DNA of 64,000 nt from Octopus vulgaris (lineage: Eukaryota). Under the pieces are notes generated by a model. It was given only the letters and a program-made list of their open reading frames with translations, made no database searches and was not told the origin of the DNA. The position numbers and the translations under genes are program-made. The DNA is taken from assembly GCA_951406725.2 (NCBI GenBank), contig OX597829.1:10726001-10790000 (forward strand), given 5' to 3'. Below are positions 38,681-53,200 of this stretch, piece by piece; within the stretch, counting starts at the first letter, position 1; each line of letters starts with the position of its first letter.

Positions 38681-39055
38681 GTATTAACCTACGTAAAAAG
38701 GCATAAAAATAAAAACCGGCATACCGACAACCCCAAGTATATATGTATATCACGTGATTACGTGACCGACCAGACCATCAGATGTTGTTACACATCGCTG
38801 GTCACAATGCATTCGCATTGTTTTAGCCTTCGAATGACGCCAGCCCGCTAGCTAAGCGAGCAGGCCAACAGAAAAAAGAATGGGAGAAAGAGTGGTGAAA
38901 GAGTACAGCAGAGATCACCACCCCCTGCCGGAGACACGTGGTTCCGGGTTCAGTCTCACTGCGTGGCACCTTGAGCAACTATCTTCTATTATGGCCTCGG
39001 GCCGTCCAAAACTTTGTGAGAGGATTTGGTAGAGGGAACCTGAAAGAAACCCCTC

Positions 39056-39770
<715 letters not shown>

Positions 39771-39984
39771 TATGTTTGTGTGTATGCGCTTGTCCACACC
39801 ATCACCACCGTCATCGCTTGAAAACAGATGTTGGTGTGTTTACGTCCCCCGTAAATTAGCGGTTTGGCAAAAGGTCCCGATAGAATAACTCCTGATGACG
39901 ATTTTTTCGACTAAAGGCGGTGCTCTAGCATGGCGCGGTCAAATTACTGAAACAAGTAACAGACTAGAAGAAAGAATATATATA

Positions 39985-40019
<35 letters not shown>

Positions 40020-40023
<4 letters not shown>

Positions 40024-41030
40024 ACAAATTGAGATAGGGGTTGTAAATGCAACCCTCCATGGGATAACATATATCCAATATACTGCTAGTGAAGTAACCA
40101 ACAAGGTTAATACATAAATGTTAAGGATTGCGATGCACTCAATTCATTTACTGTATTATATGGGCAAAGGTAAAATGTTTTACCACAAATTCATAATACA
40201 AAATAAGAAAATGGAGAAATACATCTAAATCAAATATTAATTACCAGATAATACTCAATCACATAGTTTATTATACCACCACATAAGAAACTATAGGGTT
40301 AAACATAAAAAAGTAGAGCAAAACAGTGTACATAAAGGAGTATACATAAAAAAGTGTACATAAAAAAGTAACGTTATACAATAAGTAGAATATATATAAG
40401 AGAATATAAATGTAAGTAAATATAAATATAAATATAGATTACATCTTACAGCTGTTTCGGCCATGTAGATAAGTATGTCTCATTCAACTTATATTAGCTT
40501 TTTATGGTAGGTCAATATATAGTTATAAATGAGACATTTACAAAAATATCATAAGGCCTCTTCGGAGATTGTGTGATATAAATCAGTCTATATACATACC
40601 CATATGGGTGTGGGTACATACCCATAATACATCATATACATATACATATGAGTGCATATACTCACACTCCTATACATATAAATACATACATATACATAAT
40701 GATATAAATAATATAAATTAGTAAACATATATATATGTTCCACATTCAATGTTACAGTTTTTCAACTTAATATTGTGATAATAAACATACACATATTAAT
40801 ACCTAAATGCAGATATACAGAGTCAATAGTACATTATATTAATTCCTACTAATTTCTAAAGTGTCATCAAAGTTAGCATCATTATCATTGTCAATACCAT
40901 TAATGCTACCAATATCATCATTCGTATTATTATTAATAACGCTAATACTAGAAAAAACAATTTATAGATTCCATTATTTGCAATATAGTCACAATAGTAC
41001 TACAATACCATGTAAAGTGTTGAATATCCG
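40020..41030 (-). mobile_element. PLE-type 3' region/pLTR with hammerhead
   Basis: Homologous to 20168-20650 and contains the full hammerhead. Confidence 0.65.
40443..40569 (-). ncRNA. Type I hammerhead with long helix II extension
   Basis: ATCT-CCGAAGA-GGCC-(insert with ATGTCTCATT/AATGAGACAT stem)-GGCC-GAAA-CAGCTG-TA-AGAT. Confidence 0.75.
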
Positions 41031-42900
41031 CATATTCGAGAGGAAGAGGTCCAGCTTTGATTTAAAAACCACTACATCTACTTTGTGCAAGTTCCTCAGA
41101 CTCTTTGGGAGATTATTAAAAAGCTGTGGGCCCTTGAAACCCAGGCTGTTGCAGAAGCTGGTCCTGAAGCGTGATAGCATTGCTGGGATCTTTGGCACCA
41201 TGCAGTGTCGTCCCGTTCTGGCATTGGTGTAGCTTACAATGCCAAAATTTGGCACAGTTCCTTCCAGGATCTTCCAGACATATATTACTGCATACCTCTC
41301 CCGTCTTCTCTCCAGGGAGTAGAGTCTTAGCTGTTTCAAACTTTCCCAGTAGCTGAACTGTTACAAAGAGACGATCTTCTTTGTGAATCTTCTCTGGATT
41401 GCTTCAAGGTCCGCTGTTAATTTCACACTGGTGGGTGACCATGGCTGTGAGCAATAATCCAGGCGGCTGAGGACAAATGTCCGCCAGAAGACCAGCATGA
41501 TTTCCTTATCTCTGGTTCTGAATGTTCTTAGGATCCATCCAGCCAGTCGTCTGCACTTTGTTGCCATCCTGGTAATGTGCACTCAATCACAGACTTAGGC
41601 TCTGGGATTGAAATTACCTGTGGACCGGTGTATCCTCTAAGTTTAATATTCAGTTTTGGGTGCTGGTAGCGCAGGACCTGGAATTTTTCAGCATTAAACT
41701 GCATGACTCCTATCTTTCAGGAAGTCATGTAACCACACTCCAACTTTTCCAGCTATGCCGGGGTCTCGCAGATTGTGGCATATCATACCATGATCCACTT
41801 TGTCAAAAGCTTTTGCAAAATCAAGGTATATTACGTCCACATTTGATTTGTTGAGTAACTGCCTCAACACCCAGTCATAATGTTGTAAGTGCTGGGTCAG
41901 GGAGCTCCTACCTGGTCGAAAACCATGCTGGGTATCACTCAGCAAGTTATTTTCCTCAAGGAATGCGATTAGTTTATTTCTGACTATCCGTTCCATGACT
42001 TTGCTGATGTGTGAAGTCAGAGAGATAGGCCTAAAGTTTTTGGCATCTGCTCTACTTCCACCTTTATGTATTGGGCATATTATTCCCTCCTCTAGCTAGC
42101 TTGGCAGTTTGTCATTTGTAAGAAAGCTCTGGAAGAGAATCTTGAGGGGTTTTGCCAGGACATGCTTACACGCTTTGAGGAGGAGTGCTGGGAAATCATC
42201 TGGATCAGCAGTTGAGTTTGTGTCCACTTCATCTATGGCTAGTAGGAATCCACTTCGCTAATGTCAATACATTCTATTGTAACCGCCTCGCTGGTTATAG
42301 GTGAGGCGGCAAAGAAGTCCACTGGTTCGTTCACTTGTCTGTGTTCCAACGGGGTCATTCAACACCTCACTGATCTTAGTTGGACTGTCTGTGAGGTAGC
42401 CATCCTTTTGGAGGAGGGGTCCTATCTTGTAGTGCACTGAGACTGTTTCTTTCGCGTAATGAAAGAAGGACTTTTGGTTTGATTTAATGTTTTATATAAC
42501 CCAGGCTTCTTTGTCTGCTTTCTACCTCACATAGGATTGTTGCAGCCTTTATTCGATTTCATCAGTGTTGTTTTTAGGCGGGACGTTTCGCTACTTTTGG
42601 GATGTTGGTTGAGACGATTTGCAACCTTCGTCCGTCGTCTCATGAGGATCTTCCTGTCTCTTGGAATCTTGATCCTATTTGTTTTGGCCTTGTGCTCTGG
42701 GACATATTTCTGGCATACGGCTTGCACAGCAGACATGAAACATTCTAGTTTCATGTCAATGTCTGGTGTGGAGAGACATTTCGGCCAGTCCTCTCTGAGG
42801 ATCTCTTTTTGGATCGATTTCCAATCTGCTTTGTGGAAGTTCAGATTGGAGAGATTTCGGGTGCTTCCTTTAGGCTGTTACTTCCTTTACTCTGGTTACT
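41030..42900 (-). mobile_element. CR1/L2-group LINE ORF2 fragment, decayed
   Basis: QHGFRPGRS, DVIYLDFAKAFDKVDH, LSRLDYCSQPWSP, LEAIQRRFTK, LYSLERRRERY, GPQLFNNLP. Frameshifts and an internal deletion. Confidence 0.88.
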
Positions 42901-42911
42901 TTCGGCCTGTG

Positions 42912-43457
42912 AGAGCAGTTAATGCCATCAAAGTGACACTGGGGTAAAATATACGAAGCCCAATATACCCATCATGACTACCCGTCTGATAAGGGTACAT
43001 TAGGCACATGCATCACAACCATATGTGTGCGACATAGTGATCTCGTATCAAGATAAACTGCACATGACCTTGCAGGTGGGGCCCAGTTAGATTTTCTTCA
43101 GGTTGAGTAGCCCATCCCACTCAAACGGTCCCTGAATAAGGGTTGTTTAAGGATGTTGAAAAAACCACCCATGTCTCCAGAGGTGAATTATTCAAACCCC
43201 AAAGAATCCCTCTCAACACATGGCTATGATACTCCCCCACTACTTCTGCTCGTGATCAGAGATGCACATATCGTCAGCCACTAAGGGACATGCTCAACTG
43301 GTTAAGGTCAAACAACTGACAAGCAAATCTGTGGTATTGAGCAGAATATTTGCTGTAGCCCATCTTTTATACCAAGACAGAACAATGTACATGATAACAC
43401 TTCCAATCATTTAAGATCAGAAGCCATGGGAGCCACTGCCTGGTACTGCATCAGGGC

Positions 43458-43460
<3 letters not shown>
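42912..43460 (-). mobile_element. Second copy of the about 550-bp (TAA)n-associated element
   Basis: Reverse complement of 2222-2772. Its 5' end abuts (TAA)n. Confidence 0.8.
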
Positions 43461-43535
<75 letters not shown>

Positions 43536-43567
43536 CATTATAATTATTATTATTATTATTATTATTA

Positions 43568-43626
<59 letters not shown>

Positions 43627-43627
<1 letters not shown>

Positions 43628-44303
43628 GTTTGACTTTTGCTTTATATTTGTACAAGTTGGCTCCAAGTCTCACCCAGAGACCTCAAGAGACAGCAGGTTG
43701 GAAGTTCATGTTGTTGTTATGCCTAGTGTGCCATATATTTTTTTTGGGGGGGGGGGGGGGGTTGTACTAATGAATGTCTAAAAAAAAAATTTTTTTAAAC
43801 CGAAAATTATGTTTGTTTTAAACCTTGAGATTACATAGAAAGTATTTTGCGTAGGATATGAGCAGTTCTCATGAGCACTTTCTTTTGAATTTCTGCCATT
43901 TTTGGGTTTCCTGGTATCTGAGTTAGGTAGTTATCAGCCCCTTTTGCTATCATTCCCAGGGCACCTATGACAACAGGTATTGTTTTAGTCTTGAGGTTCC
44001 ACATTTTGCTGATTTCTATTTCAAGATCTTTATATTTGCTCAGTTTTTGGTAGGTCTTGACAGATACGTTTATATCGATTGGGACAGTCATATCAATGAG
44101 GAGGCATGTCCTTTGTTTGAAGTCTTTCAATATGATGTCTGGCCTATTTGCATCTATCTTTCTGTCAGTTTGAATGGTGAAGTTCCAGAGGAGTGAGATG
44201 TGGTCATTTTCAAGCACTGGGGGTGGTTTGTGTTCCCACCAGTTTTTTTCATGGGGCAAATCCATGTTTTTGCAGATTACCCAGTGAATATATTGTGCAG
44301 CTC
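43627..44303 (-). mobile_element. R4/Dong-type non-LTR retrotransposon 3' fragment (restriction-like endonuclease)
   Basis: RPDII..LLIDMTVP.D..KLSKYKDL..IPVVIGALG (PD-(D/E)xK REL domain). (TAA)n on both flanks, the known Dong target. Confidence 0.88.
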
Positions 44304-44330
44304 TATTATTATTATTATTATTATTATTAA

Positions 44331-44367
<37 letters not shown>

Positions 44368-45304
44368 GTTCTGTGCTCCTTACGCGCCTTAATGTGAACT
44401 AACCATAGTTTTATAAAATATTTTACTACTTCTCCGAAATTTTCGATTAGTTCATATTCATAAAAAATATATCTTAGATAATTCTTATCTGATGCAGTCT
44501 ACCTACTGATTCAACTTGACTTTTAGTATAGGATAAATGCTTATTTTGAAGAAGAGAATCATGTTATCGAATACAATCTGGTAATTTCTCGATACGGTAG
44601 ATATTCACATACATAATGCAGCAGGTTAAAAACTGTCGATTAAGGGAGATTATCCTAGAAATCAGTAAACAATAACTTTGTTTTTGAGTGTTTAAAGCTA
44701 TAACCAACACGCAGGGGAAATTGAGGTAGGTTCTTTTTGAAACAATCTTTGAGAGGGTTATTGTGTGGGAAGCCGATAAGTAATTCCAACTTACAAAGTA
44801 ATACCAATTTATATTGCCATATGAGAATGACGCCATAATCGTATAAGGTATGTTTGCAAAGGCTTCGATTTAAAGAGTCTTAACAGAGGTCACTCAACCA
44901 GATCATATCAAAGTAGTTTGGCATTTAATGATATCTGGTGGAAATTACAGATATACTTCGGTTTCGTATCGCCATAAAAGGAAGAATATTCTCGACAGCT
45001 GGTAAGGGTAGGTAGCATAAGAATGGACAACAATTTTGCAACATTGATTAAGAATGCCATCTGACATATATACTCCTACCGCCATTTGGTTTTCAATACA
45101 AGATTCCTATCATTCTGTCTTATCTATAATTGTTAAGAATTTTTCTATCAGCTGGAGTTATCGCTTTTGGTTATTTCTATTTTTTTTTTTTTTTTTTGGA
45201 AGAGTAGGGATTTGAAAAACATTAGTGAGACTTTATGTCCACTACTTACTGAAATAATATTAGTCGATCGAAATTCTATTATATTATTTTTAAGACATAC
45301 TTAA

Positions 45305-45426
45305 AATACATTATTTACGTTATTTACATTATTTACATTTGACGGATTTGCCCACAGGCATATGGGGTAATGGTTAAGAGCGCGGGCTACTAACCCCAAG
45401 ATTCCGAGTTCGATTCCAGGCAGTGA

Positions 45427-45492
<66 letters not shown>

Positions 45493-45620
45493 TAATAATA
45501 ATAATAATAACAACAACAACAACAACAACATCGAAAAATACCTTGGGAATGAGAACCCAGGATGAAGGCAATGCAAATAATGTAAATAATGTACATAATT
45601 CCTCATCTCTTAAATGTAGA
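45305..45620 (+). mobile_element. Composite element: tRNA-like head + (AAT)n, bracketed by short inverted repeats
   Basis: GGCATATGGGGTAATGGTTAAGAGCGCGGGCTACTAACCCCAAGATTCCGAGTTCGATTCC (A and B boxes). ACATTATTTACATT at the left and AATGTAAATAATGT at the right. Confidence 0.6.
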
Positions 45621-45904
45621 ACTTAAAATATCCTAATGTCATCCATTCCTGTGTTAAAAACTTATCTAAGTTACTGAACAGTTGACAAGCATTCATTAGA
45701 TTGCTGAGGTAAAGAAGTCTTTTAACAGACCTAAACCATGAAATACATGTTTACACAGCGTTTGTATGTTAATTAATATATCAAGAACAAACTAAAAAAA
45801 AACACTAGGCTTCACATTGAATTATTGGATATAGGAAATTTATTCGAAGAAATAAACTTCATTTATTATAAATCCCATCCAAATTTTTCTACGCAATTCT
45901 AAAG

Positions 45905-46112
45905 CTGCCAGCTGGTAGAATCGTTGGCATGCCGGACAAAATGCTTAGTGACATTTCTTCCAACTTTATATTGAGTTCAAATGCCGCCGAGGTTGACATT
46001 TCCCTTCATCCGTTTGGGGGTCGATAAAATAACTAACAGTTGAGTACTGAGATTGATGTTATCTACTTATCCCATTCACCAAAATTGCTGGCCTTGTGCT
46101 AAGATTTGAAAT
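45905..46112 (+). mobile_element. SINE family B, diverged
   Basis: GAGTTCAAATGCCGCCGAGGTTGAC..TTCATCCGTTTGGGGGTCGATAAA. Confidence 0.7.
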
Positions 46113-46747
46113 CAATATCACACAGTTCTTTATGTGTCTCCCCACCTCCATACTCAGCTATCTTAATGCACCAATCCTTTTTTTTTTTCTTTAACTAATA
46201 ATTAACATCCTTTCCTCCCACTATTCCATATTTTATTTAACTTCTGTCGATAGGGTCTCCGCGCCTTTTGACCACTTCCTTTTCTCTCTCAGATACAATT
46301 ATCAAAAACAAACTACCATGAAAAAGAATGAAGAAACTAACAAAAGAAAAACAAATAAAGTAAAACAAAAGAGAATAGAAAGAGAAAGAGGAAAGAGAGA
46401 AAGAGAGAGCAAATATATGAACGTGTGTCATGGCGGCAAGGGTGATGAAATTGAATGATATTTTGAATTAACAATAAAACGAGACAAACAAAACTCGTGT
46501 CATATCAACATTCCGTGAAAGGCATTATCGCTAATCTTACAGATAGATTAAACATTTAAAACTAAGCGACTTAATTGAACAACCGATATCTGAGATGTAT
46601 CAGATATCTGTTATTTACCTTGCTGAGGTCGTCAGCAAAAAATATTTTTTTCCTTTTATTGTTGCTTTCCTGTTACTGTTATTGTTCCTTTCATTTTCCG
46701 TCTTTTTTTTCTTATCAAAATCGTTGCCAACCAGGAAAAACAGAAGC

Positions 46748-46820
<73 letters not shown>

Positions 46821-47357
46821 GTAGTAGTAGTAAATGCTTATTAATGTTTATTGCCACGAACGTCTCATCAAAACAACAAGTTTATAGATTATTAATGAAA
46901 GCATTCAACACAAGATGAGATTGGGATATCGTTAGAGTAAATTGGAAACGAAAATCGAAAATAATGGTATGCGTTGAATCGTTTTAATAAATTAAGAATG
47001 AAAAACATATATAATAAAGACAAAATACAGATAAAACATTAAAAAAAAAAGAAGTGTGATAATTAATTTTGTGGTCTCAAAATTATAATTCTACGAATTT
47101 ATGTTTCGAATGTACAAATCGATAGCTTAATAACATCAGAACAGCAGTATCGGCCATGTGACTTATGGTTAGGTGTGTTTGAGAATATCAAATATCGAAC
47201 ATCCTAAATATCATACATATATGCGTGTAGGTATAAATGCGTAAGCATGTACATATGAATTGTATGTATGTACGTGTACGTTTGTATACATAAGTACACA
47301 TACACGCACACACACAGACATATAGATAAATAGATAGATAGATAGATAAATAGACAA

Positions 47358-47401
<44 letters not shown>

Positions 47402-47437
47402 GTAGGTAGATAGATAGATAGTTAGATAGATAGATAT

Positions 47438-48964
47438 GTTTCTTTATTAGCCACACAGGGCTGCACACAGATAGAACAAATTACAAGGTAGAGCTTTTCT
47501 TTTGAAGGTTTAAAAAAAAAAAGGAAGGGGGAGTTTCGATCAAAAGGGATCGTAAAAGGAGAGAAAGAGGACAAAAAAAGGGGGGTTAAAAAAAAAGGGG
47601 GAGAGGAAAAAAAATTGAACAATAGGGATCGTTATCACAGAAGTGTCAATATGAAGTGTAAAGGGGAGGACAGGTGAGGTTTACCCGTGGAAAGAAAATC
47701 CTACGGAAAAGACCACGGTAACCTCGGTCAATGGAGTCACATGTTATATTTCATTTTTTTTTTTTGCGAATAAGCAACTCTCTGTTTTCAATTTCTGGGT
47801 TCATAGGACCATGCTCAAGGTGGCTTCGTCATTCATACGTGCCATTCTTGCTACATTCACCCATCTTTTTTTAAAACATTCGCTAGACAAAACTTGCCTC
47901 TCTACTCTCACTTTCCTTTTCAAGTGGTACTTGAAGAAGTTGATGAGAGATTGACCAGAGAGGAAAGTGTTTGTCTCCAATCCTTTCAGACGCGTCCACC
48001 AGATACATTCTTTCGCCATAGCCACAAGGATGATGAAAATAGCTCTTCCTTCCCGTTTGAAGGAGGGAGGCGTGACAATATTGACGATAGACTCAGCTGA
48101 TAAACTGACTCGTCCCACACGTGACAGCAGTTGTTCGACATAAGCCCACAGGTCGGAAATTGTTGGACACTGCACGAGTGCGTGCAGAACGGTTTCGTCG
48201 CTCTGACCGCATCTCGGGCAGGTCGGCCCCGTGTTTCTCGAGCCGTGTCTGTAGAGCTTATCCCGAACGGGTAGCGCTTCTCGGTAGCACTGCCAGGCCA
48301 GGGATCTCTGGAAGTTGTCCATGGGCCCTGGCCCGAAAGTCGTCCTGAACAGGCGGGTCAGGTACTCCTTGTCGACGTCCATGTTCGCCCCGAGCTCGTC
48401 GTCGTACCTCCCCTCCACTAAACCCCTATAGAATGCTTTGGTTGTGTTGAAGTCACTCAAGGTCGACCCAGGACGGCAGAGTTGCTTGAGAGCAACGCGA
48501 CACTCGCGGTGCCATTCGCCCTTCTTCGGCCTCTTTTTGATCCACGACTGCAGTTCGGTCATGGAGACGAGCTGCGGGAAAGCGTGCCTCACAAACGGCG
48601 ACCACACCTGTTCACCGTCGTCTACATAGAGCCAGAGATGTCGCAGTCTCAGCGCGTGTCTGCGCATCATCAACCACGGCATGCCCAGCCCTCCTTTTAA
48701 CGGATGTTGACAGCAAATTGATCGCCTGACCATCGGGGCGCATCCTTTCCACAAAAAGCGAAAGAGAATGCGTTGTAGTTTGGTGATGGTAGGGTCGGGA
48801 CAAGGTACGACGGTCAGGCGGTAGTAGATGACGGACGCGATGTACGTGTTCGCAACCTCCGCCCGACCTTTTAGGGACAGTTTCCTCTCGGCCCATTGCC
48901 GGGCGAGAGTGACCACCCTACTCGTTATCTCGTTCCAGTTCTTCTCCACTTGGAGGTCCGGACC
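47438..48964 (-). mobile_element. Tx1-clade retrotransposon, 5'-truncated 3' fragment
   Basis: W..RKLSLKGRA.VAN, LKGGLGMP, CPRCGQSDETVLHALVQCP (zf-RVT). 3' end CCCTGTGTGGCTAATAAAGAAAC. (GATA)n on both sides. Confidence 0.9.
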
Positions 48965-49330
<366 letters not shown>

Positions 49331-50127
49331 AGTTTCTTTATTGGCCACACAGGGCTGCACACAGATGGGACAAGTTACAAGGTAGAGCTTTTCTTTTGGG
49401 GGATGAAGAGAACAAAAAACAAAAGAAAAAAAAATTGAATAAAATAAAAGGAATAAAAAGAAAAAAAGAAAAGGAAAGGGAACAAAAGGAAAGAGAAAGG
49501 AAAAAAGAAGAAAAAAGGGGAAAAAAGGGGAAAGAGGAAAAAAAAAACGATCAATAGGGATCGTGTATCACAGTGTTATGATATATGGTGTAAAGGGGAA
49601 AGCAAGTAAGGTTTATCCGTGGGAAGAAAAGCCTACGAAAAAGACCACGGTAACCTTGGTCAATATTGTTATATGTTACCACATTTGTTTGCAAGTGGGT
49701 AACCCTCTGTTTTCAATTTCTGGGTTCATAGGATTATGCTCAAGGTGGCTTCGTCATTCATACGTGCCATTCTTGCTACATTCACCCATCTTTTTTTAAA
49801 ACATTCGCTAAACAAAACTTGCCTCTCTACTCTCACTTTCCTTTTCAAGTGGTACTTGAAGAAGTTGATGAGAGATTGACCAGAGAGGTAAGTGTTTGTC
49901 TCCAATCCTTTCAGACGCGTCCACCAGATACATTCTTTCGCCATAGCCACAAGGATGATGAAAATAGCTCTTCCTTCCCGTTTGAAGGAAGGAGGCGGGA
50001 CAATATTGACGATAGACTCAGCTGATAAACCGACTCGTCCCACACGTGACAGCAGTTGTTCGACATAAGCCCACAGGTCGGAAATTGTTGGACACTGCAC
50101 GAGTGCGTGCAGAACGGTGTCGTCGCT
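49331..50127 (-). mobile_element. Tx1-clade 3' fragment, second tandem copy
   Basis: Near-identical to 47790-48200 in the coding part, same 3' terminus, (GATA)n on both sides. Confidence 0.9.
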
Positions 50128-50128
50128 C

Positions 50129-50226
<98 letters not shown>

Positions 50227-50227
<1 letters not shown>

Positions 50228-53200
50228 CTTTCTTTTATTAGCCACACAGGGCTGAATACAGAGGGGACAAATACAAATGCAGAGCTTTTCTTTTCGAGGG
50301 TGGAAAAAAAAGAAAATAAATGTAAGATTGCGATCAAAAGGGATCGAGAGGAGGAAAAAAAGAAAAGAAATCGTGTATCACAGAAACAATGATAAAAACA
50401 TTGATAAAACAAGATTTGGGAAGAAAAGCCTACAGAAAAGACCACGGGAACCTCAGTCAGGGAGGAAATAACCACATGAGATCAAAATGCTCTCTTTCTT
50501 TTTTTACGATCTACAGGATCATGCTCAAAATGGTTTCGTCACTCGCACGCACCATCTTTGCAACATTCACCCATCTTTTTTTGAATCTTTCGCGAGACAA
50601 AACTTCCCTCTCCATTCTCACCTTCCTTTTCAAGTGGTACTTGAAAAAGTTGATGAGCGATTGGCCAGAGAGGTAAGTGTTTGTCTCTAATCCTTTCGCT
50701 CGGGTCTACCACACACAATCTTTCACCATGGCCACCAGTACGATGAAAACTGCCTTGTTTTCCCGGTTGAGGGAAGGGGGCGGAGCAATTCCCATTATAG
50801 ACTCGGCCGATAGGCGGATTCGTCCCACACGTGACAGCAGCCGTTCGGCATAAGCCCACAGGTCTGAAATGGTTGGACATTGCACGAGTGCGTGCAGAAC
50901 GGTTTCGTCGCTCTGACCGCATCTCGGGCAAGTCGGTCCAGTGTGTCTGGAACCGTGTCTGTAGAGCTTATCCCGAACAGGTAATGCTTCTCGATAGCAC
51001 TGCCAGGCCAGGGATCTTTGGTGATTGTTCATAGGTCCCGGCCCGAAAGTTGTCCTGAACAGGCGGGTCAGGTGTTCCTCGTCGACGCCCAGACCCTGAC
51101 CGAGTTCGTCGTCGCACCTCCCCTCCACTAATCCTCTATAGAATGCCTTTGTTGTGATGGAGTCGCACAAGTTCGATCCCGGACGGTAGAGTTGCTTGAG
51201 AGCAACTGGACCGGAAAACTGGACCGAAACCAGCCGCTTTAAGGACAGCCTCCGAGTAGTGATGGTCTACCCTATCGAAAGCTTTTGATTGATCCAAATT
51301 GATCAGCGCCCACCCATGCCAGGATTCTTAACTACCCTGTCTATGATGTAGGGCATCAGATGGAGGTTGTCATGAATACTTTTACCCTGCACGGCGCATG
51401 TTTGCGCCTTGTCGATTAGTTTCTTGATGACAAGCGCCAACCTCTCGGCTAACACCTTGGCCAAAATTTTCAAATCTGCGTTGAGCAGAGTGATGGGCCT
51501 GAAATTATCTATGACGTCTCCCTTGTTTGGGTCTTTCTTAATCAGTTCCACTGCTCCTCGCTTTACAAAAGCAGGAATACTCCCGTTTTGCTGCTAGTTG
51601 CAGTAGACAGCTGCCAAGACGCCTCCAAACAAGTCTGGCATATGACAATAAAGTTCGTAGGGCAGACCATCCAAGCCTGGTGACTTGTCTCTCGCGCAGC
51701 CCACCATCGCATCCTGTACGTCCGCAGCTGTGATAGGCCTTTCACAAGACTCCACCTCTCTTGCTGAGAGTCGTGGCAAGGCATGCAGGTAGGCACTAAA
51801 GTCCACTCTGCGTTCTGACCCACCACTTGTCCCAAACAGTTGGGTGAAGTGTTGTTGAAAAGCCCCACACATGCTTTTAGGCTCGAGCAATTCGCGCCCC
51901 TGTTCATCTATAAGAGACTTGATGGTGGCTATGTTGCCTCGTTGCGTCTCCACCACTCGGGCCTCTTGGGCGGCTCCAACTCCCTCGTTCCTCAGATCAC
52001 GCATCCTAGCTCTGACAACGCATCCCTCGTGTTTGGCGTTGAGATGTTGGTCGAGAGCCAATCTCGCCGCCAGCACGTTGAACGCGATGCCAGTTCTAAG
52101 TGCCTCTTCTAAAACCTTAACTAATTCTCCCTCTATTCTATTTCGGTCTAATGCTAGGGCTTTACTGTATCTGACTGATTCTGCTTTAATTGCTTTTTTT
52201 AGGGCATACCACCATCTGTTGTTGATGATGGTACCCGTCAAAACTCTCTTAACTAATGTGCTGATCCGGTCCCTGTAAACCTGTCGTGCTGTAAAAGACG
52301 CGTTCAGTTTCCAGTAACCAGGACCCTGCCTATGTGTCTTATCTAAGTCAAGTGTACAAGTAACAAACTTGTGATCTGTGTAACTGACTATATGAAATTG
52401 TGGACAACCCACACTATTTTTATCTATTATCCTACAGAATACTCTATCTAAGTATGATCTGGACGACCCGATGCGGTTACCCATGTCCACATTGGCACAT
52501 TCGGCTGGTCCAGTCGGTACCTGTCAGACAGTTGGAAACGTCTGAGCAGGTCTTTGAGGCATTTGCATCCCCTTTTATAGCTATCTCTGCCCACGTAGTC
52601 TAGATGCATGTCCAGGGTGGCATTCCAATCCCCCACTAAAAGTAAAGGACGAGACGTTCCCTAGACGTCGAAAGAAATCTGGTCGGCCTGTTAAGGATGG
52701 AGCATAAACTGCTATCAGTTGAAAAGCACACTCATTGCTGCCATCGACAATCAAAACGACCAGCCTCTTCACCGGGTCTAGGAAAATTGCTCTTACTTTG
52801 AGATCCAGACTCTTCCGGAGAAGTACCGCGGTGCCACCTCCGCCCATTCTCGGTAGACACGGAGAAAAATAAATGTTGAAATGTGTACCGAAACTGTGCG
52901 GGAGTGCCCGCGAGCTGTGGAGTCTGGTCTCACTGATGGCTATGATATTCAGATTTAGTGACTTGATGTCATTTAACAGGTAGCCTTGTTTCCAAGGCGA
53001 CCCCAAGCCACGTACATTTATACTGCATATTCTGAGCATGTTCCGATAAAAAATTGTGTTTTACACACGAAAAGAAAGTGCAAAAAAGGAAAGAGAGAGA
53101 GAAAAGTTTACTTGTTCGAAAGTCCTTTGTTTTTCACCTCACAGTCTTCTTCCATGAGTCTTTTGTATAGTTTCTTTGATGAATACTTTTGAAATCTCCC

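Noticed and set aside
45357-45430. tRNA gene candidate
   Set aside because: Acceptor stem does not pair properly, no oligo-T terminator, and it is embedded in a repeat. Treated as a SINE-like head.
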